Shown here piece after piece: positions 35,901 to 47,963 of a DNA stretch of 64,000 nucleotides. Position 1 is the stretch's first letter. The number at the start of each line of letters is the position of its first letter. The position numbers and the translations under genes were made by a program. The notes under the pieces are model-generated. The model was not told the origin of the DNA, did no database searches, and worked only from the letters and a program-made list of their open reading frames with translations. The stretch is taken from positions 169,086 through 233,085 of the forward strand of contig NMRA01000291.1 in assembly GCA_002633005.1 (NCBI GenBank). Direction: 5' to 3'. This DNA comes from Phoronis australis (lineage: Eukaryota > Animalia > Phoronida).

Positions 35901-37711
35901 TGGAAACACCGTAGCTTACAAAGTTCGACAGGCCAATAAGGTCCGTAGCAGGAGTTTGGGGTCTGTTCGGAGATAATTTCGAAGTATTTTCCGTAAGATA
36001 CACACAGGAGAGCTTAGATCTGTGTTGTTTAGACTAGTGATTTTTTGAGTTCTAAACACAAAACGCTTGTTCAGTATCCCGGCCAGTGGCTCGGAAACTG
36101 ATCAGACATCACGAAAATAAACCAGCCAAAGTTCAGTGGAAACTAAACTTCCAGTCAAGAAAATACTATACTAGTGAGCCAAAGTAATGCGCACGTGATT
36201 ATAATGGTGAATTAGCCACGAAACTGCAAATCTACTTACTCTTCGGGGGCCGCGAATTCAGGTTCCGCTTTGGCCACAGCACCGTCAGGGCAGAAGTTGT
36301 ACATTGACAATCATTATTTGAGTAATGTAAATGTAAATAAAGATTCCCCTAACACCTGGCCGTGGGATGGAAATCGAGTTATTTCACAACAGTTTCTGCC
36401 AGCAAACACTAAATTAGCATGTCCCGTCAATTAGTTTTATTGCACCTAAAGCCGGTAACGCAGTGATTTATTCATTGCTGGCTTCTCAAATCATTTGCAC
36501 TCACGAACACTCCAAAGGCATTACAAATTGTATCTAATGAGACAGACTTTGTTTCAGTTTTATGTAAGCATTGGTTAGGGTGAAAATAATTCATTTTGAA
36601 ACAGAACGCTCAGTAATAAACGCCAACATGGCAGCTTGCAATCCCGACTTAGGACGAGCTAGCTAGCTCATCAGTCCCGACTTCGCAGGTGGATCGTTAA
36701 GTTTTACAGGCTATCAGTTCGAACAGGAATACAGTGATGAAGAAATACTAGAGAGGCGCCGTGTGAACAAGCTCAGACAACGGAACGTATGGAGTTATTT
36801 GGTAAGGTGGCATTAGTTCGTCAGGCACTATCGACGTCTGCAGGCCACAGACACGGAGATGTTTCACGGCCTCAGCGTACATTTCATTCTTCACTACCAT
36901 GAGCCACTTCCTAAGCATTTCGTACTCTCGAGGAAGTAAAAAAACGAAATATCCGCTTTCCTCGCAGGTGCTTAGTTCGGACCATCGGGAACGATGCACC
37001 GCAACATAGCGGCATTCACTCTACATATGAACCACTGACGTCGCTAGCGTCGTTTCTCAGCGTCCTCACAGATTAACGCGACATCTCTTGGCAAGGTAAG
37101 GTTGACCGTATGCGAGGCGATGTAGATATAGACCGATTATGACGGCAAAAAAGACTACTTAAATCGGGTGGCATTCTCCTTTAATTCGCTCACTAGACTA
37201 TGGCTGAAGTTCCTCGTAAGGACAGGAGTTCATGAGTCACTACCTTTGGAAGAAATTTAGCGGACAATTTTCGTCAAAAAGTTTACCAGATAGTTTTCAT
37301 CAAAACGGAGAAAACAAAAATGGATTTGTGAAGTCAGGATTAAGTAGTAGGCCTACCAGTCTCTTAAAAACGTTCATCTTCAAAGGGCGTTTCAGAACAA
37401 ATGTATGAAGTCTTATTGCTGAAACAACTGCCATTCACGTTGACACAAGAAGTAAGGTTTTCTTCCCACAGACGATTATGGGGTCTTCGGATGGTATGGA
37501 AGCTAATTCCTTTGCATTTCTCCTGTGTGGCCAAACAACCGGCCACACAAAAGCCGACCATGATTAGCAGACGACGTACTTGCCGGAAATTGCACCAGAA
37601 AATTTAGCCAGGTGTCGCCAGTGAACAATGACGTAAGGGCTTGTGCGTAAGATGACAGATTTCGTCCATTGAAAGTATACGTAGTTTGCGGTCCATGTAC
37701 TATAGTCTATG
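32962..37711 (-). mobile_element. THAP-bearing (P-element-like) non-autonomous DNA transposon, copy A, interrupted by a Kolobok insertion
   Basis: Imperfect termini CATAGATTATAG... / ...CTATAGTCTATG. A decayed THAP ORF lies at 37561-37364 (CVAGC..SFH..W..ICSETPF). It is colinear with 47964-51027. No TSD was recognised. Confidence 0.65.
35586..37180. mobile_element. Kolobok-type element with TTAA target-site duplication
   Basis: Ends TTAA|AGGAGCATGCCACCC ... GGGTGGCATTCTCCT|TTAA. The paralogous empty site has a single TTAA at 50511-50514. It carries a THAP remnant on the minus strand (LPRE..RKWL..LRVCG) and a KolX-like GYQFEQEYSDEE on the plus strand. Confidence 0.9.
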
Positions 37712-37956
37712 GTTTCATTGACTATATCTGTAGATGAAAACAAAGGGTAGACATTATTTTGTTGTCCTGAGAATGGAAACATACGATTGGGGAAATTTTG
37801 TATCCTACCTGGTTTGTGTTAATGATCGTGTAACTTTGTCACAAACGAGCTGTGGCAAACGTCACCCTTTAATGACTGTCGATCATATTGTTTAGTAGGT
37901 GACTTTTTAATTTCACATTGAAAACAAAATACGGCAAATGTTCATTAGCTTTGCAC

Positions 37957-38152
37957 TAGGGAAGCACCCTTATCCCACTGACCCCTGGGAAGCACACTAC
38001 TCCCACTGACCCCTGGGAAGCACCTTAATCCCACTGACCCCTAGGAAGCACCCTAATCTCACTGACCCCTAGGACGCACCCTAATCCCACTGACCCCTAG
38101 GAAGCACCCCAATCCCATTGATCCCTAGGAAACACCCTAATCTCATTGACAC
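37957..38152. repeat. ~27-bp minisatellite (CCACTGACCCCTRGGAAGCACCCTAAT-like)
   Basis: About 7 degenerate tandem copies. Confidence 0.9.
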
Positions 38153-38749
38153 CACGTGAATTTGCCTACAGGATGAAAGCACTTGAGCAATATTAGTTCA
38201 ATTTTGTTCCTGCGTTTTCTGAGCTTTTCAGGGCTTGGAATTCTCTTCTTTTAAGAGGATTTCTTCTTTTTTGGTTTCGATTTCCTCTTATTTGATTTCC
38301 AATTTCCTCTTTTTGTCTCTTTTGTATCATTATTTTGACTTTATTCGTTCAAAAACGTTTATTTCAGTTAACAGTACAGTTCACGCTGAACTTAAGCTCC
38401 CGTGTTTTTCATGATTTCTGTCAAAAATTAGTCGTGTCTGCAGTGAAGTGTACATTGCAAGAGACGGTGATCATCTTAGACTAATTGAATCGTAATAATT
38501 GAATCATAAGTGTGTGTTGAATAATGCAGTAAAGTGACTATTTGAACTGCAAACCCGACGTACTGTAACAACTAGTTAACATGCGTGCAAAATCTCTTAC
38601 GTAACGATGCAAAGAGGTGCGGCCAGGGCAACAAGAAAGGAACTTCCGCGGGTATCAGACCAGTGACAAGGGATATAACGTCATACATGTCAAGAGACGA
38701 ACAGATCCCATACATCACAAACCGTGAACTTTAAAGCTTATGAATGATA

Positions 38750-41312
38750 AATTAGAAAGTATGTGAAACGACTTCTTTTAACCAACTGGAGGGTCTACGA
38801 AGCGACTTTGAGACAATGAGATAAGAAAATGTCCACTTGCGAAATGAAATCGTACACCTAAGCAGCAAAGTTGACGATCTTGAAAATAGATCAGGGCGTG
38901 ATCTTCCATGGTCTGTGTGAACAACCACATGAAACATGAGAAGTATCCGAGAAGCTAGTAGAAAGCCTCATAAGAGAGAAGGATGATATCTGCATCGAAA
39001 GAGCTCACAGATTCTCTGGTCGCCAAACAGAGCAATACAAGACCAATAATAGCCAAACTTAACTCGAAAACCAAATAAAAAGTTCTGAAGAAACGAAAGG
39101 AGATTACCGAGCCAGGACAATACATCACAGAAGATTTCTCCACCAAAGTCAGACAAGCTCGCAGGAAACACTATGCATTTTCACGGGAAAAATTTGGATA
39201 ACGCCAAAATGTCTTACAATAAACTGTTATGGAACAGAAAGGTCTTCATTTTCGATGAAGGAAAAGACAAGACAGAGAAGTAATGAAACCACCGGCGATT
39301 AGCAGTTAGGCCATGGTTCACAGATGATGTAGACTTCTATCTCGTTTTTGTGCTGGAATCTTGAAGGTCCGAAAAGTATGCTGCAGACAAACAACGGTGT
39401 TCTTCCAAAGGAAATTGGTATTCACCACATGATAGGTTTTGTTAAAACTTTTCGAAAGTATGAAAATGAATACAAAGGGTTTTCCCGGGATATTTAGTTT
39501 TGCAATAGACGTAGAGGTTGTGCATTGAAAGCATCGGGAGGTGTTTGTGTTTTAATAGAATGGCTAAAATATGCAAAATTATAGTCAACGATAAGGACGA
39601 GATGATTTGGTTAAGATTAGATTTGGAAAAGTTCGGTTATAAACAAAATTTATTGGTTTGCAGCTTATAATGCCCACCAGAAGGTTTTAGTTTTTATGCG
39701 GACCGAGATCACTCGTCTTATACTGAAAATGTAGAAAATGTCTTATTTTAAGCCAGAGAATTGTATCCGAATGACAGTGTATTGATTGTGGGTGACATGA
39801 ATGCTCGCACTGGTGAGCTACCACATCAGCTGGAAGAATAACCTAGTGGTAATAACAAGAACATAGATTTGTATTATCAAGAACAAGATAAACTAGTTAT
39901 TGGTGGTAAAAAAACAAAATAGGTATCCTAAAGTTAACAATTTTGGTAAGGACTTGGTGAATATGTGAATTGTCAATAACCTTGTGATATCAAACGGGAG
40001 AAAAGTTCCGGATGCTGCGGGTGAATATACGTATCTAACGAATAATGGCAAAAGCACAAAGTTAGAAGACAAAGGGATCTTCTACGAAGTAACATGTCTA
40101 AATCGTGGAAAACATTTTCCAATACGGTGTGAATTTAAATTAAATGGTTACATCATTGAATTTACGAACAACCTCCTAAATATTTCTGGATAGGTCACAA
40201 AAAGCAGAATTTATAACATATGTTACAAGTGACTACTTTGAGTCACGAGTTAACCACTTAACAATCAAAAAAGAAAACGACGTAGACCTGGCTATAACGG
40301 AATTTGAACGGTTATTCAGTGATGTTGCGGTAAATCCATCTATGGTAAAAAAGATGAATGAAAATGTAAAAGAGCTAAACACATGGTTTGACACTGAATT
40401 AAAAACAATCAAAGAAAAGAGAAATGGTCTTCTTAAACTTTTTCGTCGTTCTAGAAATGATGATATACTAAGCGAATATCTTTGCATTAAAAGAGTTTTT
40501 AAACTCTTAAAAGAGGTATGCAAACTGAAGAAAAGTAATAAGAATAAAGAAACGCATAATTTAATTTTAAAGGCGTGTGAGTCGAATGATGCCAGAACGT
40601 TTTGGCACTTAATAAAAACTCAGTCTAGAAAGACCTCTGTAAACAAAAACATTACTGGCAGACAATGGGTAGAACATTTCAGCTCTATTTTAAATATAGA
40701 CCAATTAGTGTCGAACACGCTCAGCAAACCAGTGCGGATTTGACAATAACATTGCAATGAATGAAGACATCCTTAGAGAAGAAGAAATTGTAGCAATTAA
40801 TAGTATGTAAAATGGAAAATCCCCTTTGGAGGAAGGAATTCTGGTTGAATTTTTTAAGTTTTCAATTGATAAAATTAAGAAATTGCTTTGTAATTTATTA
40901 AATAACATCTTGCAGACCGGGGAATTCCCAGAAAAGTGGGCTACTGGTATAACACTACCATTATTCAAAAAGATGATGCATCTGATCCAACTAATATAAG
41001 GGCATTGCGTTGTCAGTAAAGTCTTTACTTCAGTTCTAAATAAACGGTTGACTTCATGGTTTGACGAAAATGATTTTCTTGCTGAAGAACGAGCCGGGTT
41101 CAGAAAATACCACTCAACCGTCGATAACATTTTTCTTGCCAACGGCTTGATACAAAAATAGTTGTTGAAAAGTAAATTCAAACCATTTTATTGTACAATT
41201 ATTGACTTCAGTAAAGCTTTCGATTCTATAAATAGGGACCATTTTTTACATCTTAATACCGAAAGACGTCGTAGGTTCTACTTTTTAAAGTTTTACAAGA
41301 TATGTATTCAAA
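38750..41312 (+). mobile_element. Decayed non-LTR retrotransposon (LINE; ORF1 plus APE endonuclease-RT), 3'-truncated
   Basis: ORF1-like RPIIAK..YITEDFSTKVRQARRK; endonuclease remnants CWNLEG, GGVCVLI, PPEG, LIVGDMNART; RT remnants FWHLIK, PEKWATGI, AGFRKYHSTVDNIF, IDFSKAFDSINR. There are many stops and frameshifts. Confidence 0.88.
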
Positions 41313-41675
41313 TGGTAACTATAATATCAAATATTGTTGTTATTTAACTATTTTCAGGAAATGTTACAAGTCAATGCACAGTACGGTTGTTTTCATCTTT
41401 GTTATCTCTTTTCAAGTAATAAATCGTTACCTATAAAACTGTTAATTTTCTTTTACTAGAGAAAACTTGAAACCTAAAGAGCAAAGTACATACATACATT
41501 GGATGCGATCCGGCACGTGAACTGTCTGGGTTAAGTATCTAAAAAAAATCTGCCGAAAAAAAGAAAGAAACGTGAGAATTCGACGCGTATGTGATAAATA
41601 TAAAACGTAGGACCTCGATTGACGTAAAGTAATATATTACTTCATCTACGCCACTCTCGGTACGTTTTGTGTATT
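41313..41675 (+). repeat. Interspersed repeat; second copy at ~56826-57172 in a TPH intron
   Basis: Shared ggtaact.caatatc.aatattgttgttatttaa...cggtacgttttgtgtat over ~350 bp. It abuts and truncates the LINE RT. Confidence 0.8.
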
Positions 41676-43252
41676 TATTCTACTAAATAGGCTTGATATC
41701 CCTAATTCAGTATAGCAGCAGTGTAGAGACAGGAGTATCTTGTTTACCTGAGCCATCCTTTCCTGTCATTTCTGCGCAAACTGGATACATACAAGATTGG
41801 ATTGTAAAGGTTAGAATTTGACAGTTTTTAAATTAGAAGACAAAGTCGTGCTTCAAATCCAGCCTGTCCCTCCTTTATCTGAGACTCTGGTGCTCATAGA
41901 GTAAAAATATACATTCACTGTTAGTAAACCGAATGTGTCACAGCTGTGCTTGATGCTTTTCCATGAATGAGATGATAACTTTTTGGGTTAAAAAGACATT
42001 TTTACACTTCCCTGGCATTATATCGATATCCTACTTACTTTGATTACTTTAGGTGTTCTCAACATGGCATGCTGATAATGGTATCTGTTGAGTGTGACGG
42101 CATGACATTTTAGACTCAGTGAAATATAGTTAAAATGCGAAAATCAAAAACGATAACTATAATTAGTACTGATTTACTAAGCACTGTAAATTACTAAGCA
42201 CTTCGAAAATTATTTGTCTTTGAGCCTTGTCAATCTCAATGCTTCTCAATCTCAACTCCTTGGGCACACAATAGGTGCAACCAGTGTAGGAGCACACCAA
42301 TTAACTCAAACACATAATTTTGTCAAAAATGTCATGCTTGTTGTTCTTGTGGCTACCTGAATCAAAAAACCAAGACCTGCAACATTTTTGAAAATGTTAT
42401 GTAGCTGTGCATTCTGTTCCCATTTGTTGGTCCAAATCAATACATATCTGCTACATTATCACTAAACGTGCGAACTATGAGTCTGTGGATACCAAAATTG
42501 TTGTCCTTAGAGTACCTGTAGTGATTGCATCATGCGAAACAGTATATTTTTGTGTCCCCGAGTCGTTTGTTGCTTCTTCCTGAATGGAATCTCGTGTGTA
42601 CAGAGGAAGATTTCGGTATCCCTGTCCAATTCTAAATAAGCATGGTTGACCTTCACAGGTTGCTTGTCTCATGGTGATGGCTCGACATCATCCGGGTTAA
42701 TTGCGAATGTTCTAATTAGATGTCGATTAACCCATAAGTCTGTAAGTAACGCGAAGGCCAATGTGTGAGTGTGAGTGTGCTTGTGTTAGGAACAACTTGC
42801 GTTATAACGTAGCACCTATCAGTAGTATGTACATTTATAACAAAGGAACATCGTGCCCTGTGATCTCTGTCCAACACTGAATCTCAGTGTTTTGATTGGA
42901 GGAACCTCACTGGATAACCTCTTGTCTAGATAAATTCTTGTGGTGAAGACTTCAAATAATCGTAGTTAGTCACCACCTTGAAAGCATTTTTTCTTGAAAG
43001 GTTTTAATGACGTCACGACAGCCACCAAACAGCGCGCAGAATGTATATCTCTTCACCAAACCTAAGCAACCGATCAGTGCCGTCTTAAAGCTTAGGCACG
43101 AGGCTGGTCGCCTAAGGCCATGAGCTTACTCTCGAAACACTACCCTTTCTCTCGCGTCATTTTGCGTTGTCTCGCGACCTCTCTTACGTTGCAAGAAACT
43201 CCCGCAACAGAACGCACCCATTGAATACTCAATGAGACATCTCGTTAGTATA

Positions 43253-43654
43253 AGTGCCGTTTACACTACAAAAGTTGACACGGATCAGCTGACACGGAAC
43301 GAGTTGTTCCAGCGCAAGTATGTGTGTAAACGGGACTGAACTGGAGCAAATTGACACCGCGGTGACAACTTTTGCCACCCGTTTGTGAGGTAGAACAATT
43401 TGCGCTAGAACATCTTGCTCCGTGTCAATTATAGAAAGGATCCTATCTACTGCGCGTGTGTAATGACCTAAATACAGGTTCTCTGTCTCTTCAACTCCCG
43501 CCAATTGTAAACCTGCTCATGTGTGATCCACTCTCCAGCCTACAATTTCCGTCTTGCCACAGTTAGTGAGTTGTGTGTGTAAACGGACACTTGACACCGA
43601 TCAGTTTGCTCCGTGTCAGTTACGCCGCCCAAAAGTTGATGTGTAAACGGGACT
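43253..43654. mobile_element. Harbinger-like MITE immediately 5' of the first coding exon of insulin-like gene B
   Basis: TIRs agtgccgtttacac / gtgtaaacgggact, internal subterminal repeats (tgacacgga, gtgtaaacgg) and T/A-rich 3-bp flanks. Confidence 0.65.
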
Positions 43655-43726
43655 TTAGACCCTAACTTATTTCACTAGCGAGTTCCCCTTTCAGTTCTGT
43701 ATAATTGGCATTACGTAATCTTATAG

Positions 43727-46337
43727 ATGGCCAGGTTTTCTTCGATGTTTGCTACATTGGTAGTGGTGGGGGCTTCAACAGCTTTAGTGACAGAAGCTCT
43801 GGCCAACTGCGTAACGAATATTCGGAGGCAAATCATGAGGGCTTGTACCATTCCGCGTAGGAGATCAGTCTGGAATCCATTTGACAAGCTTTTGCGAACT
43901 AAAAGAGACCTTTGTGAGTAAATTTTGGTTGTTTATTGTTAGTGCTTGGCCTTTAGCAAATTTTATTTCCATTTCAGTGACAGTTATAAGAACGGTTATG
44001 AAATCACCCTGAGACTACCACGCTTTGCAATTTCCTCCTCAGTATACTGGCGCCATGTGCGAAATCACAGCCGCCATGTTCATTACAAATATGCATAGTG
44101 TTGTATTACTGGACAACGTTAAAAAATTAACAATATTGTGTAGTTGTTGAGACTCTGTTACCCAAAATTTCAGGTAATATTTTACACACCACGGTCGTGC
44201 ACTCTTCCGGTGTGGACTCAGTTCGCCTTCCTCCAAACAGCAACGCTTCCCCACACTTTACACGATGATAATCGACGTATGACAGTACATATGTATTAAG
44301 TAGCAGGACCAACTGAGAGTATTATTTGGGTATCATTTCCTTGAGTCGGTTCAGCTGTATGAGAATATTTTAAAGACACTGAGCAATTTGACAATCAGCA
44401 TTTGTCAAACGTGCAAACGTTATGGCCCGGGAGATCCTCGAGCCTGACACTAAGCGGTGCCTATCACGAGGTCACGTGATAATCAGTGGCTCGCTGGTAC
44501 CCTGCGTGCTTATAGCCCAGCTATCACGCTGGTATCACGCAATGGCACGCGCTTTAGCATTGGTCGATGTAACCTCGGCAGTCATTGGTTAGCTTCACAA
44601 CACCGTGAAAAAATGACGGATTGTGAACGATTTTTAGCCTTCTCATACAAGTGGCGTCGCAGCAACTATTTTGTTTCTGCAATGATGTTTAATAGCCACG
44701 TGCTTGAAGCACATATATGTACAATAAACACATATCTGGCCGCGGATTTAACCGGTGTGTTATTCATACTGTATGAATACTGGACATTATCGCCGTAAAC
44801 AAAAGTCATGGACAGTAGAAAGATTCATTCAGAAAGGGTGCAATCACAATTTCTAGGCTTCACATTTCCTGAACATAAATTTTAAGCACCGATTTGTTTG
44901 TACAACAGACCACAATAATTACACTTCAGTCCATCAGTCATGCCAGTTTGTTTGCGTAAAGCGCTCCCTGTTGACGAATCGACTAGCCAATCAGGAACGC
45001 CGGTGTAAAAAATTTGCCGAGGAAAATTAAGTGATACCTGCGTGCTGGAGCGGCTACCGCCCCACCTAGCGGCACGCAGGGAACCAGCGAGCATCAGTGG
45101 CGGTAACTGATGCATTCCGTAAATCTAAAATACTCAATCGCGAAGCCCTTACGTTGAGAAATCTCCGTTTATGGAACAGAAGCAGCGAATTCTATCACAG
45201 TCAGTCAACACTCAAACCTAACCGTCCAGTCACTTCAGTGGCCGCTGTTTTCTAGGGTCCCTTTAAAAGCCCCCAGGCACATTCGCGAAACATTCGCCAT
45301 TCGTTTGCGTGATTTTGTTTTGTCGTGAGATGCGTGCGCCTACGGAACTCATCATTGTAGTTTGGCTATACTGCCCTGTGGTCGTTACAAGGTAATAAGT
45401 GTGTTGATTGCAGACAATGGACATGCGTACTAATTTGGTGACTAGCATAAACTGATACTGGTGACAACGCTGGGGATTTCATTTGCAGTGCTGCATGGTG
45501 TCGTTTTTCAAATGTGTTATGGGGCTGTTGTCGGCTCGTAAGCACCCGATGACATCACAGACAAGTGTTGCTCATGTAAACTGACGTGCATTATGTAGAC
45601 GCGAGAACCTCGGCGCGAAAATGCGAGATCGCTGAAGACTTCGCAATACTCTTCATGTACTGCAAGCGAAACACGTGAACACATACACATTAGCTAATTT
45701 CGCGATATTCTTGCGTGTACGCAACCCAGAAACAGATATAAATTTTTGTTTCAGGCAATGAGATTTAACTTCAGCGTGGTCCTCTCAGATGGCGCGTGCC
45801 TTTAGAATCGTAGCTCAAACAACTTTGTTATATGAGGCTCACAACCAATCTTTTTAAAACTATTCTATGATGATTGGTTTGTCACACTCGCATCAAAAAG
45901 CATGTCGCAGTGGACCCACGGTTTCAATGCTGGCGCACAAATCATGTTTTCCATCATGTGATTACACATCCATACTTATCTTTGATGTCACAGCCGTCCC
46001 ACAATGCATTCAAAAATAGAACAGCAGCGTCGTAAAAATGAAATATCCAGCATTGAAGAGAGTAAATACCAAAAGCAAAGTTTCACAAATAGAGAGTAGT
46101 TTTACACTGCGGCTTTAAAACAACGAAAATATGTTTGCACAATATTTTCTATCGAACATTTGTGTTGTAGCATTACAAGAACTGATGCTACTCCGTGATC
46201 AGGACACACAGTTTGAAACTACAGGAGCTGTTTCAAAATCTATTCGGTCTACGACGGTAAAGCAACTTCTGCATATGTGTTGCCGACGACCAGTCCAGAA
46301 CCCGTGTACAGCGTACGACTTGAGGGGTCTCTGTTAA
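43727..46337 (+). CDS. Insulin/relaxin-superfamily prepropeptide B (117 aa), atypical A-chain spacing
   Basis: Exon 43727-43913 (ttatag|ATG ... CTT T|gtgagt) joins exon 46171-46337 (ttgtag|) through a phase-1 intron. Signal peptide MARFSSMFATLVVVGASTA(LVTEALA); B chain CVTNIRRQIMRAC (C-x11-C); RRR and KR sites; A chain ...HMCCRRPVQNPCTAYDLRGLC* (CC-x7-C-x8-C). Confidence 0.88.
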
Positions 46338-46396
46338 TAGGCGGCGTTGCTCGCGTTTATCTGACGTTTGAACAGAGTACAATTTCCTAAGGAGTT

Positions 46397-46505
46397 TGTG
46401 TACTTTTTATTTAGAAAAAATGTATTACATTTATCTTCCTAGTTATTCATTGTGTACTTTTTATTTACAAAAATTGTATTAAATTTATCTTCCTAGTTAT
46501 TCATT
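46397..46505. repeat. ~54-bp AT-rich tandem duplication in the putative 3' UTR of gene B
   Basis: tgtgtacttttt...tgtatta.atttatcttcctagttattcatt occurs twice. Confidence 0.8.
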
Positions 46506-47590
46506 TCAAAACCATCAACATAATTATATCCATAGTAATGTCTAATTGATTAATTAGATTATTTAAAGCGGCAAACACTCCTTACGTCAAAGAAGTGATG
46601 GTGATTTAAACCACCTGCCGCTGTAAAATAGGTCTCAACGTGTTCCTTAGTCAGAAGAGAAGTGATTTCTGGTCTTGTATAAGAAGTGGCAGTTGAAACC
46701 ATGCACGGCGCATGCCAGGCCAACTTGCAGAGGCTGGTGTCAAGCCATAATGAAATCATACAATCTCTAGTTTGACTAAGAAAGAATTTGAGATCAATTT
46801 CATAATCGTATGTGATACAAATCAAAGGTTGATTTTGTGATGTAGGGCGAGTTTATAACAGCTTTTATAAGAGAAATGATAAGCGCTCGGTGAATTTGAA
46901 TCGTGTAATTTCCGGTGGTTTATTACGCATGCTTTCCATGAGCGTCACTGAAATTGTCCGTGGCGAGAACAGCATTCTTTTTACCAAGAATAGCTGATGA
47001 AGGATTTAGCAAAACGAGTATTTTATGTACTCGACAGAAATCAGTATCGGAGTACCGGAATTTTCTACAGAAAAGCCCGTGACGTACATTCGGAAATAGT
47101 TCAAGGACTAAAAGTTCGGGCTGGTATTTGGAAAATGACAAGAATACGCTCGCTTGTACCCAAAGTCACCCCAACTGGTGAAATTGAAACCAAGAAAGAA
47201 AATGCACAACATTGCCGATGTATGATTGTCTCCACAGAGAGGAGTTTGTTGTTGAAAGTTTTACTTTTTACAGTTTGGTTTCCATTTGCTATGAAACTGG
47301 TAAAAGTTTAACCATGCATAGTTTTTCAAATATACGACCAAGGGGTATCTGCGGAACATTTTCCTTATAAACAGCCACTGACCCTATCTAAAGATGGGTG
47401 ATGTGGAAGAGCAAGCTCCACAATTGGAAGGGCGACAACGCGTATGAAGATAAGGAACTCAGTTTTATCGACGGCATTCAAATGAATGTATTTTGTCTGA
47501 TACGCTACCGATCAGTGCTGGGCCCGGGTGCACGAGGCATTATCACGCGTCATATTGCTACTGTTAAACAATGCATTTGAAACCATACAT

Positions 47591-47739
47591 CATGGGCGGC
47601 GCAACACTGAAAAAAGTGGGGGCTAAAGCCCCCTCACCCCCCTTTGGTGCATCGCTTGTTGACCATGTGCGGCGTAGCACTGAAAAAAGTGGGGAGGGGG
47701 GCTATAGCCTGTCCAGCCCCCTATGGTGCGCCACCCATG
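47591..47739. mobile_element. Tandem pair of tiny CATGGGCGGCGCA-ended MITE-like units; a relative lies at 17051-17119
   Basis: Ends catgggcggcgca ... tgcgccacccatg with a repeated cactgaaaaaagtgggg core. Confidence 0.55.
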
Positions 47740-47963
47740 TACAACAATCTAACTTAAGTCTTGACGTTTTATACATCCCAGCCCAGGGCCCGGGGTCTAA
47801 CGTTTTTACTCGATATCGAAGTAGAAAATATTTTGGGCATTTTCCGTTCTACTTTTGTGCAACCTTAAAATGGGTGTCTAGTACGCGAATCCTGTTTTGC
47901 ACTTGATGACCCCAGGATTGAGGCTAAATGTTCGTATCTCAACTCGAAATTTCGAATTGTCTA

